Assembly: GCA_022425785.1 (NCBI GenBank)
Contig: JAKMEV010000241.1
Location: forward strand, 1-39,785
Length of the DNA: 39,785 bases
Direction: 5' to 3'
DNA from: Akkermansiaceae bacterium
GTDB taxonomy: Bacteria > Verrucomicrobiota > Verrucomicrobiia > Verrucomicrobiales > Akkermansiaceae
The notes below the pieces were generated by a model that saw only the letters and a program-made list of their open reading frames with translations, had not been told where the DNA came from and ran no database searches. Shown here one piece after another: positions 28,193-36,056 of the stretch (positions are counted from its first letter, which is position 1; each line of letters begins with the position of its first letter). The position numbers were made by a program, and so were the translations under genes.

Positions 28193-28549
28193 ATGTCCCA
28201 AGTCACGATCTACCATTTCAATCATTGAGGCTCTTCTGACAATGCCCTGGCGGTCGCCAAGGAACTGGGAGTTGATCACAAAGTCATCGTCTACATTAAA
28301 ACACCACCGGGCGAAGCCGAGCTCACCAAAATCGTGGAGGCGCTTGAGGACCCCGTCGCAGATCTCGTGCGCAAAGATTCGAAATTCAAGAAACTCGAAC
28401 TCAATCCCGACGACTACGTCGACAATCCGAAGGCCGTGGTGGATATTCTCGTCAAACACAAACAGCTCCTCCAGCGCCCGGTTTTAATCAAAGGAAAGAA
28501 AGCCATCATCGGCCGCCCGAAAGCCCGGATTTACGACTTTTTGTCCTGA
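28193..28549 (+). CDS. ArsC/Spx/YffB-fold reductase (118 aa) with in-frame TGA at 28226-28228 at the catalytic Cys position; predicted selenoprotein
   Basis: ATG 28193 is in frame with track ORF 28334..28549, and TGA is the only interruption. The translation is MSQVTIYHFNH-U-GSSDNALAVAKELGVDHKVIVYIKTPPGEAELTKIVEAL..LLQRPVLIKGKKAIIGRPKARIYDFLS. Its N-terminus aligns with the R773 ArsC motif IYHNPACGTSRN, placing U on Cys12. The C-terminus matches the ILINRPIV..RLCRP pattern. Confidence 0.75.
28229..28272 (+). promoter_or_regulatory. Candidate bacterial SECIS element
   Basis: The upper stem pairs cctggc (28246-28251) with gccaagg (28256-28262; 6 bp, one bulged A) and is capped by loop GGUC (28252-28255). 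A possible lower stem pairs cucuu (28231-35) with gggag (28267-71). The loop begins 23 nt after the UGA, within the usual SECIS distance range. Confidence 0.55.
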
Positions 28550-28554
28550 ATCAC

Positions 28555-30099
28555 TTACTTTCCGGTCGTCCCAGCCTCCCGGTAGAAATTATCCGGGAAG
28601 GGCGCCCCCGTGGTCCCCTTGATCTTGCGGTGAAAATACTTGTTCCCCCGATCGGGCATCAAGGGCATTGCCTCGCCGCCTGATTCCTTGAGCAGGGAAA
28701 AAAGCGCCTTGTTCATTTCGGTGACCCGGGCGGCCTGCGTAGAATCATTGAAAAGATTGATCCGCTCTTTGGGATCAGATTTGAGATCGTAGAGCTCATC
28801 GACATCCCACACCCCGTGATAGCGGATGTATTTATAGTCCTCGCCAATCACGGCATGGGTCGTGGGCGTCTGCGGGTAGTTGCGCTCCCAGTAATATTCG
28901 TAGAGCAAATACTTACGCCAATCTGCGATCTTCTCTCCTTTCGCGAGAGGCCAAAAACTAGCTCCGTTCATTTCCCCCGTGGCCTTCAAGCCAGCCGCTT
29001 CCAACAAGGTGGGAGCGACATCGATGTTCGCGACAATTTTCTCCACGGTCGTCCCGCCTTTGATCGCCTTGGGATAGCGAATCAACATCGGGACTTTCAC
29101 CGACTCGTCATAAGCACATCGCTTGTCGATGAGTCCATGCTCGCCAAAAATAAACCCGTTGTCACCGAGATACAAAACTACCGTGTTCTCCAATTCTCCG
29201 CTCTTCTCGAGATTGCCCAAAAGACGTCCCACACTATCGTCGACCGCGAGAAGTGCTTCGCAGTAGCGACGGTAATATTTCTTCATGTCCACTCCGGTGT
29301 AATAGGCAAACTCCACACCGTGACGGCTGTTGGTTTGATTGCGCACCCACATCGGCGGGTCTTTGAACATGTCCGGATTCGCCGTCGGCGTTGGCGGAGT
29401 GGGAATGTCCACTTTGTCGTATTTGAAGGCATGACGATCCGGCGGAAGAAAATCGGCATGCACGCCTTTGTGTGAGACGTAGAGCAGGAAGGGTTTCTCT
29501 TCGTCTTTCGACGCCAACCACTCTTCGGCAAAGTCGGTCAGCTCATCTGTAATGTATCCTTTTTGCGGAACTTTTTTTCCGTTAATATTGTAGCCCGAGT
29601 TGATCGCTTGGGGCACGAAGCGTCCTTTCGCTTTGAGCATCTTGGGATCGGGCACGTAAACTCCCTGTCCTTTAAAGCTGATCCAGTGATCAAAGCCCCG
29701 CTGCTTTTCCTCGCTGTCGCCCATGTGCCATTTCCCAATGAAGGCCGTCTGGTATCCCGCCTTCTGCAGAAGCTCGGGAAAAAAGGTCAGCGACTTGCTT
29801 ACCGGATTGTAATTATCCACAACATGGTGGTTGTGCGCGTAGAGCCCGGTCAGAATTGAGGCCCGGCTCGGCGAGCACAGCGAAGTCGTGACGTAGGCAT
29901 TTTTAAAATGAACTCCCTCAGCCGCCAATCGGTTAAAATTCGGCGTCTTGAGAAAAGGATGCCCCAGAAAGCCCATCGCATCGTATCGATGGTCATCGGT
30001 GAGAATCACCACGATATTCGGCTGCTTTGCCGCCTGGGCGGGCCCCAACACCAAAAAAATCCCAACGACCAATAATCTGACAATCCCTTGATTCATCAT
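28555..30099 (-). CDS. Cys-type sulfatase (formylglycine-dependent, N-acetylglucosamine-6-sulfatase-like)
   Basis: I place the start at ATG 30099 or 30096, with a signal peptide. It carries NIVVILTDDHRYD and the FGly motif SLCSPSRASILTG. Confidence 0.9.
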   Translation of the reverse strand: MMNQGIVRLLVVGIFLVLGPAQAAKQPNIVVILTDDHRYDAMGFLGHPFLKTPNFNRLAAEGVHFKNAYVTTSLCSPSRASILTGLYAHNHHVVDNYNPVSKSLTFFPELLQKAGYQTAFIGKWHMGDSEEKQRGFDHWISFKGQGVYVPDPKMLKAKGRFVPQAINSGYNINGKKVPQKGYITDELTDFAEEWLASKDEEKPFLLYVSHKGVHADFLPPDRHAFKYDKVDIPTPPTPTANPDMFKDPPMWVRNQTNSRHGVEFAYYTGVDMKKYYRRYCEALLAVDDSVGRLLGNLEKSGELENTVVLYLGDNGFIFGEHGLIDKRCAYDESVKVPMLIRYPKAIKGGTTVEKIVANIDVAPTLLEAAGLKATGEMNGASFWPLAKGEKIADWRKYLLYEYYWERNYPQTPTTHAVIGEDYKYIRYHGVWDVDELYDLKSDPKERINLFNDSTQAARVTEMNKALFSLLKESGGEAMPLMPDRGNKYFHRKIKGTTGAPFPDNFYREAGTTGK

Positions 30100-30206
30100 G
30101 CCGTCACCCTGACAGACTACCTGCCGATGACAACCCATCCAAAAAATATGTCGCGGAAACGATTTTTAGGAATATTTTCCGTTCTCGGACATCTTTATCC
30201 CCACTC

Positions 30207-30695
30207 ATGCGATTTCTTCTCCCAATCATCCTCACTTGCCTTTGCGGAAGCCTCCCCGCCAAAGAACGCCTCGTCCTGCTCGCGGGCGGACTAAGCAAAG
30301 AGGGCATCTCCACTCAAGTTCAATCCGTTATCAATATGGTCGACGGTGCCAAGGTCCTACAAATCACTCCAAAGTCCATCGCCATCGAATTCGATCCCGC
30401 CAAGGTGACAGAAGCGTCCCTCAAAAAAAACCTCACCGCTTCCGGCCTCACCATCACCGGCCAAAAAGCTTTCTTCAAAATCAGAGGCCTCGTATGCAGC
30501 AGTTGCTCCAACGTTCTCACCAGCCTTCTCGCCAAGGAAAAAGGTGTCATTTACGTCAACAGCATTTCCCATCTCAACGGACAGGCCGATATTTCTTTCG
30601 ACCCCAAGGAAACCACTCAAACCAAGATCGAAGCAGCGGTGAATACCACTCGTTACAAGGTAGTTAAAACCGTCCCCCCGAAATCCCCATCCTAA
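30207..30695 (+). CDS. Secreted tandem heavy-metal-associated (HMA) domain protein
   Basis: Signal peptide MRFLLPIILTCLCGSLPA. The second domain is a canonical HMA (FFKIRGLVCSSCSNVLTSLL...ADISFDP). The first has the same fold pattern but lacks the CxxC. Confidence 0.7.
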   Translation: MRFLLPIILTCLCGSLPAKERLVLLAGGLSKEGISTQVQSVINMVDGAKVLQITPKSIAIEFDPAKVTEASLKKNLTASGLTITGQKAFFKIRGLVCSSCSNVLTSLLAKEKGVIYVNSISHLNGQADISFDPKETTQTKIEAAVNTTRYKVVKTVPPKSPS

Positions 30696-30721
30696 CCCTC
30701 TTTTCTGGAAGGTTGAAACAA

Positions 30722-30758
30722 ACGGCCAGGTTCCTCAGGGGGCTTGGCCGTTTTTTTT
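30722..30758 (+). terminator. Rho-independent terminator of the HMA gene
   Basis: Stem acggccagg / cttggccgt (one G-U pair) followed by a T8 run, 27 nt after the stop. Confidence 0.8.
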
Positions 30759-30864
30759 CGCCGCGTAAAAATAATTCATCTTTTTTGCAAAAACTTCTGC
30801 GAAACGTATTTCCGAAGGTAGTCTCGGGTAACATTGTGACTTTTTATTACAAAAAGACCCAATG

Positions 30865-30905
30865 GCGGCCAATCTTTCGGGGGGGAGATTGGTCGCACTT
30901 TTTTT
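30865..30905 (+). terminator. Second, orphan terminator-like hairpin
   Basis: An 11-bp stem gcggccaatct / agattggtcgc (one G-U pair) with a G-rich loop, followed by ac and a T7 run. No credible CDS lies between it and the previous terminator. Confidence 0.6.
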
Positions 30906-30960
30906 GTGAACTGATTGTGGTGGAAATGCCAGCGACTCGCATTATCCTCTCCCAACCATT

Positions 30961-31410
30961 GTGTTTGGAAAACTCCTTCTTCTCTTCATCCTCGTCCCCC
31001 TGGCCGAGCTCTATCTCTTCATGACCCTAGGCGCCCAACTTGGGTTTCCGAACACCATCGCAGTTATCATTATCACTGCGATCATCGGCGCCGCCCTGAC
31101 CAAATCCCAAGGCCGCCTCGCCATGGCGAAATTCCAGCAGGCCACCAGCGAGGGACGCATGCCCCACAATGAAGCGCTCGACGGTCTCATGATTCTCCTC
31201 GCCGGAGCGGTCCTCCTGACCCCCGGCTTTCTCACCGACGCCATCGGCTTTCTCCTCCTCATCCCACCGATCCGGGCCATCGTCCGAACTTCCCTTGCCA
31301 AACGGCTTAAGGGAAAAATCAAGGTCGTCACTCCCGGCTTCCCTCCCCAAGCCGAGGAAGAATCCGGTCCTCCCTCGAAACTCGACGACGGCAAGGTCAT
31401 CGACGTCTAA
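30961..31410 (+). CDS. fxsA: FxsA family membrane protein
   Basis: GTG start. (M)FGKLLLLFILVPLAELYLFMTLGAQLGFPNTIAVIIITAIIGAALTKSQG is the characteristic FxsA N-terminus. Confidence 0.85.
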   Translation: MFGKLLLLFILVPLAELYLFMTLGAQLGFPNTIAVIIITAIIGAALTKSQGRLAMAKFQQATSEGRMPHNEALDGLMILLAGAVLLTPGFLTDAIGFLLLIPPIRAIVRTSLAKRLKGKIKVVTPGFPPQAEEESGPPSKLDDGKVIDV

Positions 31411-31473
31411 CTACAAGCAGACAGGATTTCCCCAAACTCTGAACTGTTTCCAAACTAGAGAATCTCACTCAAC

Positions 31474-31944
31474 ATGGCCGCCCCAAAAACAGTCGCCGAA
31501 CCTCACAAGGAACTCCGCTTCACCCGCGCCGGACAGGCTCAGGGTATGTTCGTTGGGGCCACCGTGGCCTTCGCCTTTACCCTTCTTATCACCATCACCT
31601 GGTTTATGGGCCACCCGGATTTCCGTTGGTGGATGCCTCTTCCTTTCCTCGTCTTGGCCTGGCTCCTCGCCAGAGTCGCGCTCCATTGCACCCGCCACGC
31701 CTACATCATCCTCACTCCGATGGGTATCGAGATTTTCCCGCTCCTCAAGCCGGAGAAAAATCTCAGTCTGATCTACTGGACCGAACTCGATCACGCTGAT
31801 TTCAACGAAGACCTCACGCTCGCCAAAATCCACCGCGATGCCGAAGAAAGCTCTGGCGCGGTCCTTTCCCTGAAGCCCATCCTCGCAAAACAACGCCCCC
31901 TCCTCAAGAAAGCCCTCGAAGGCCGCCTCGCGGAAAAAGCCTAA
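31474..31944 (+). CDS. Membrane protein, two TM helices plus a bacterial PH-like (YdbS/YdbT-like) domain
   Basis: A TM hairpin (FVGATVAFAFTLLITITWF / WWMPLPFLVLAWLLARVAL) is followed by a ~80-aa soluble domain. Its stop overlaps the selB stop (CTAA, 31941-31944). Confidence 0.55.
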   Translation: MAAPKTVAEPHKELRFTRAGQAQGMFVGATVAFAFTLLITITWFMGHPDFRWWMPLPFLVLAWLLARVALHCTRHAYIILTPMGIEIFPLLKPEKNLSLIYWTELDHADFNEDLTLAKIHRDAEESSGAVLSLKPILAKQRPLLKKALEGRLAEKA

Positions 31945-33884
31945 CCTCGAGGAACCAAAGTCCGATAGTCACCGTTCCGAATGGTGACCCCATCCCGGTC
32001 CAGACGATCCAGCAGCGGCATGATCACCTTTCGTGAGGTATCCAGCTCCTGCCGTAATTCCGAAACCGTGGCCTGCCCGCTCTTCTCGAGGAACGCAATC
32101 ACCTTGGTCACCGTGGCTTGAAACACCCCGGCACTCACGGTCACCTTGGGTTCCAGCGGGATAATCTGTCTCGTGCGCGACAGGAACTTATAGGCCGCCG
32201 TATGCGACGGTGTCCCCTGCAGCTCACCCGGAAGCGGCGGATTCAATCCGGCATTGTCGAGGGTCTTCAAAATCTCCGCCGCCGGCGCTTCCAGCTCGGG
32301 AGGAAGTTCCAGCGAGTGCGAATTGTGGCAGATCAAGTTATCTCCCACTTTGAAATTCTTCTCGCTCAACTGAACCAACAAGGCATCGAGCAGTCCCGGG
32401 ATTCCCATCGGAGCTCCCATACTCTTCTTAAACAACTCCGTCGTCATGCCAATCTGATCCGGATGCTTCTTGTGATATTCCTGCACCAGCTGAGAGCTCT
32501 CTTTGACCAAGCCTTTCCAGTAGGGAGCGAACGAAAGATACTTCTCGCGCAAAGCCACCACCTCATTGGCTTTCGTCATCTTCTTCAGGGCCGCCTTAAT
32601 CCCGGCTGGCGAGAATGGCAGCGCTTGAACCAAGTCTGCTTCAGTCAGGAAATGATCCCGAATCAAATGCGTTCGCAACAAAAGCTGCAAATCATCAGGC
32701 GCGGTCGCCCGCTCGGTCAGGAAAAGCTGTCGGTCCGCGCCCCTGAAATTCCGCCGCGAAGGATGCGTATCAAGAATGGTCCCTCCCGCAATCGTGGCCT
32801 CCCCCGAAAGCTCGCGAATAACAATCCGCTCTCCTACAAAACTATGCACCGGATGATCAAAGCGTAGCTGCGCGATCGTTGACTCGCCGGGATGCAAGGT
32901 ATTCCCCTCCGGAAACAAAACCCGTGCCTGCGTTCTCCCCGATCCATGGTGCACATAGATGCGATGATTCGATTTCAAGGGTCGCAGTGTTCCCTTCTGC
33001 CCCGGAATGGGACGAACCGAACGAATCAACTCCGCATCCACCTCATAAGATGCCTCAGCCAGCGATCCTCCCACGAGAAGATTCCCCCGCGAGACGCCCT
33101 TCTTGCCTTTTGACGTCAGCGGAAGGTCAGGGAGATTGAGCGCCGTCCGCATTCCCGGCATGGCATGATCCACCGACGAGGAATGGTTTTGAATGGCACG
33201 CACACTCGTCTTCAAGCCCGATGGATAGGTAATCAAGGAATCTCCTGTTTTCAACTCCCCACCGGCCAATGTCCCCGTCACCACCGTGCCCACGCCCTTG
33301 GGCGAAAAGGCCCGGTCCACCGCGAGACGAGGCTGGCCGAAGTCCCGGGGTGCCGGCGTTTCGAGGAGGACCTTGGCAATCGTTTCTTTCAAGGTATCCA
33401 TGCCGAGGCCTGTCGGCGCCGACACCGGAATGATGGGCGCCCCCTCCAAAGCAGTTCCCTGAAGATCATCCGCGAGCATCTCGGTCACGAACTCCAAATC
33501 CTCGCAAAGATCCGCCTTGGTCAGGGCAATGATAAAATTGCCGATCCCGAGATAGCTCAAAATCTGTAAGTGCTCCTCCGACTGCGGCATCCACGAATCA
33601 TCCGCCGCCACCACAAAGATCCCCAGGTCAATCGAACCCACGCCCGCGACCATGTTGTTCACGAAGTCGGCGTGCCCCGGGACATCCACCACTCCGAGTT
33701 CGAAGGTATCATCCGATGTCTTGGGCACCGGTAGAGAAAAATGCGCAAAACCCAATTCAATGGTGACCCCACGTTCCTTCTCTTCCGGGAGTCGATCGGG
33801 ATTGGTTCCAGTGAGAGTTTGGACCAAGGTCGACTTTCCGTGGTCGATGTGGCCGGCCGTGCCGATGATATAATTGCGGGACAT
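31941..33884 (-). CDS. selB: Selenocysteine-specific translation elongation factor SelB
   Basis: The N-terminus IIGTAGHIDHGKSTLVQTLTGTNPDRLPEEKERGVTIELGF closely parallels E. coli SelB ([40 protein letters not shown]). It also has DVPGH, ALTKADL and RLAVDRAFSPKGVGTVVTGT. Its 647-aa length includes C-terminal winged-helix domains (SELRQELDTSRKVIMPLLDRLDRDGVT). Confidence 0.93.
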   Translation of the reverse strand: MSRNYIIGTAGHIDHGKSTLVQTLTGTNPDRLPEEKERGVTIELGFAHFSLPVPKTSDDTFELGVVDVPGHADFVNNMVAGVGSIDLGIFVVAADDSWMPQSEEHLQILSYLGIGNFIIALTKADLCEDLEFVTEMLADDLQGTALEGAPIIPVSAPTGLGMDTLKETIAKVLLETPAPRDFGQPRLAVDRAFSPKGVGTVVTGTLAGGELKTGDSLITYPSGLKTSVRAIQNHSSSVDHAMPGMRTALNLPDLPLTSKGKKGVSRGNLLVGGSLAEASYEVDAELIRSVRPIPGQKGTLRPLKSNHRIYVHHGSGRTQARVLFPEGNTLHPGESTIAQLRFDHPVHSFVGERIVIRELSGEATIAGGTILDTHPSRRNFRGADRQLFLTERATAPDDLQLLLRTHLIRDHFLTEADLVQALPFSPAGIKAALKKMTKANEVVALREKYLSFAPYWKGLVKESSQLVQEYHKKHPDQIGMTTELFKKSMGAPMGIPGLLDALLVQLSEKNFKVGDNLICHNSHSLELPPELEAPAAEILKTLDNAGLNPPLPGELQGTPSHTAAYKFLSRTRQIIPLEPKVTVSAGVFQATVTKVIAFLEKSGQATVSELRQELDTSRKVIMPLLDRLDRDGVTIRNGDYRTLVPRG

Positions 33885-33892
33885 TGGGTGAA

Positions 33893-34111
33893 CTACGGCG
33901 TGACGATATCAGCAATTCGCGCTTTTTCAAAATCGAAGGGCGTCATTTCTAAAGCGACCTTCACCCCCACCACCAACTCGGGCTTGCGCGGATTCATCGC
34001 CTTCGCCGGATGCCCGATCACTTCCTTGCCATTAGGCAGACGCACCGTGAAGGCACGGTCGCTCAATACAGCGAGAATCTCACCAGTCGTCGTAATCGGT
34101 TCCACAGGCAC
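33893..34111 (-). CDS. Divergent IF-1-like S1/OB-fold protein (72 aa), translationally coupled to selB
   Basis: GTG start. It is the same length as E. coli IF-1 and aligns over G..L..L....F.V.L.NG..V..H...K M....G.KV..E.TP.D..K.RI (about 30% identity). The basic KMRKNYIRI segment is replaced by KAMNPRKPELVV. Only 8 nt separate its stop from the selB ATG. Confidence 0.65.
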   Translation of the reverse strand: MPVEPITTTGEILAVLSDRAFTVRLPNGKEVIGHPAKAMNPRKPELVVGVKVALEMTPFDFEKARIADIVTP

Positions 34112-34213
34112 GGCGAAAGAGTGAAGAGAGAAAAGGGAAATGTGAAGTGAACTAACTCTGAATCCGATTTTTCATCAATCAGTCATCGCGAATAGAATGA
34201 TGATGCTAGGGGA

Positions 34214-34312
34214 ATGGCAAGCCAACTCTGGCCCCTCTGGGTCGCGCCGATCATGGGCGGCGTCATCGGAGCCCTCGTCTATAAGTTCATTAGCTCGGAG
34301 GATTCCGTGTAA
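34214..34312 (+). pseudogene. 3'-terminal relic of an aquaporin/MIP channel gene
   Basis: The third forward frame reads MASQLWPLWVAPIMGGVIGALVYKFISSEDSV*. This parallels the last TM helix and C-terminus of AqpZ (..QLWFFWVVPIVGGIIGGLIYRTLL..). A stop codon and non-coding-looking sequence lie directly upstream. Confidence 0.5.
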
Positions 34313-34318
34313 CTCACT

Positions 34319-35992
34319 TTACCAGGGAAGTGGGAAATCCCCGTTGAAGGCAAAAACCTTCTCGCGGATTTTTGCTAGCTGGGTTTCATCCTCACGCGCC
34401 TGGAGCGCTTCGTGAATGAGATCCGCTACCGCGATGACATCGTCTTCCTTCATGCCACGGGTGGTGACGGCTGGAGTTCCGATGCGGATACCGCTGGGCT
34501 TCATGGGGCCGGCTTCGTCGAAAGGAATAGAGTTCTTGTTCACCGTGATGCCCACCTTGTCGAGGGTGTCGGAAACGATGGAACCGTCGAGCCCCACCGG
34601 GCGAAGATCAACCATGAAGACATGGTTGTCGGTGCCGCCGGAAACGATGCGGTAACCATTTTCCGCAAGACGCGCAGACATGGCCTGAGCGTTCTTAACG
34701 ACCTGTGCTTGATACTCCTTGAAGCCGGGCTTGAGAGCCTCACCAAAACAAACCGCCTTGGCTGCGATGACGTGCATAAGCGGGCCACCTTGCACTCCGG
34801 GGAAAACGCGACCGTCGATCTTCTTGGCGTATTTCTCTTTGCAAAGAATGATACCACCACGAGGACCACGAAGTGATTTGTGGGTTGTGGTCGTCACGAA
34901 ATCAGCATGCGGCACCGGGCTGGGATGCACTCCGGCAGCGACAAGTCCGGCGATGTGTGCCATGTCGACGAAGAGATACGCTCCCACCGCTTCGGCAATC
35001 TTTCCCATGCGTTCAAAATCGATCGTCCGGGAATAAGCACTCGCCCCGCAGGTAATCAGCTTTGGCTGCACTTCCTTGGCCTGAATTTCGAGCGCATCGT
35101 AATCAATTGCCTCATCCTCTGCACTCACACCATAGTGCGTAACATCGTAAAGCCGACCCGAGAAGTTGGCCGGATGTCCGTGCGTGAGGTGACCACCATG
35201 CGCAAGGTCCATGGTGAGGATCTTGTCGCCAGGCTGAAGCACTGCGAAATAAACCGCCGTGTTGGCCTGACTTCCGGAGTGAGGCTGCACGTTGGCGTGG
35301 TCCGCTCCATAAATTTCCTTGAGTCGGCTGATCGCAAGTTCTTCGACGACGTCGACATTTTCACATCCGCCATACCAACGACGCCCGGGATAGCCCTCGG
35401 CATACTTGTTGGTAAGAAGCGAACCCTGAGCCTCCATGACTGCCGGGCTGCAAAAGTTTTCCGAAGCAATCAACTCGATGTGACTGCGCTGACGTTTTTC
35501 CTCGCCGCGAATCGCGTCGAAGACTTCCGTATCCGTCATCGCGAGACGACTTCCCGAGGCCTTGCAAAGCCGCGCGTCGTGACGCCCACCTTCATAATCG
35601 CTGGACAGGAAGGCCTCCACCATTTCGAGAGCGGTTTCAGCCGACACCACGGTCTGGCCGAGGCAGAGCACATTGGCATCATTGTGTGAGCGGGGCGGCT
35701 TGGTCTCTTCGACGGTGCGAACGTTGGCTGCCCGGACATCACGAAAACGATTTGCGGCGAGGCAAACTCCCACGCCCGAGGTGCAGACAAGGATTCCCCG
35801 GTCGCTGCGATCTTCATGAACGGCCCGTCCCACCTCATGGGCAAAGTCTGGGTAATCGACCGAATCCATCCCCTGCGTGCCGTAATCAATCACCTCATGG
35901 GCGGTGCTTTTCAGCGCCTCCACGATCGCGTTTTTCAATTCAACTCCGCCGTGATCGGCTCCAACTGCAATGCGGTAAGACTCAGCACTCAT
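34319..35992 (-). CDS. glyA: Fused ribose-5-phosphate isomerase B (RpiB/LacAB) and serine hydroxymethyltransferase (GlyA)
   Basis: Residues ~8-152 are RpiB ([11 protein letters not shown]...[16 protein letters not shown]...NDANVLCLG...GGRH). From internal Met 35539 onward the sequence is canonical SHMT (ELIASENF.., [29 protein letters not shown]). There is one continuous frame with no stop. I prefer the start at ATG 35992 over 36013. Confidence 0.88.
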   Translation of the reverse strand: MSAESYRIAVGADHGGVELKNAIVEALKSTAHEVIDYGTQGMDSVDYPDFAHEVGRAVHEDRSDRGILVCTSGVGVCLAANRFRDVRAANVRTVEETKPPRSHNDANVLCLGQTVVSAETALEMVEAFLSSDYEGGRHDARLCKASGSRLAMTDTEVFDAIRGEEKRQRSHIELIASENFCSPAVMEAQGSLLTNKYAEGYPGRRWYGGCENVDVVEELAISRLKEIYGADHANVQPHSGSQANTAVYFAVLQPGDKILTMDLAHGGHLTHGHPANFSGRLYDVTHYGVSAEDEAIDYDALEIQAKEVQPKLITCGASAYSRTIDFERMGKIAEAVGAYLFVDMAHIAGLVAAGVHPSPVPHADFVTTTTHKSLRGPRGGIILCKEKYAKKIDGRVFPGVQGGPLMHVIAAKAVCFGEALKPGFKEYQAQVVKNAQAMSARLAENGYRIVSGGTDNHVFMVDLRPVGLDGSIVSDTLDKVGITVNKNSIPFDEAGPMKPSGIRIGTPAVTTRGMKEDDVIAVADLIHEALQAREDETQLAKIREKVFAFNGDFPLPW

Positions 35993-36056
35993 AAGGACGC
36001 CCCTTCCCTGCATCCTCGAAGGACAAATGGCAAGCGCTCACTGAGAAAAGAGAGCC

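Noticed and set aside
28148-28459. A 103-aa minus-strand ORF across the ArsC-like locus.
   Set aside because: It is antisense to a frame with clear ArsC-fold similarity on both sides of the TGA, and it has no motifs of its own.
30713-31024. A 103-aa ORF in the HMA-fxsA spacer.
   Set aside because: It reads straight through two intrinsic terminator hairpins and overlaps fxsA out of frame. The sequence is not protein-like.
34197-34415. A 72-aa plus-strand ORF from the track.
   Set aside because: It is S/A/R-rich and overlaps the glyA 3' end antisense. A different frame of the same DNA gives the much more convincing aquaporin C-terminal relic.
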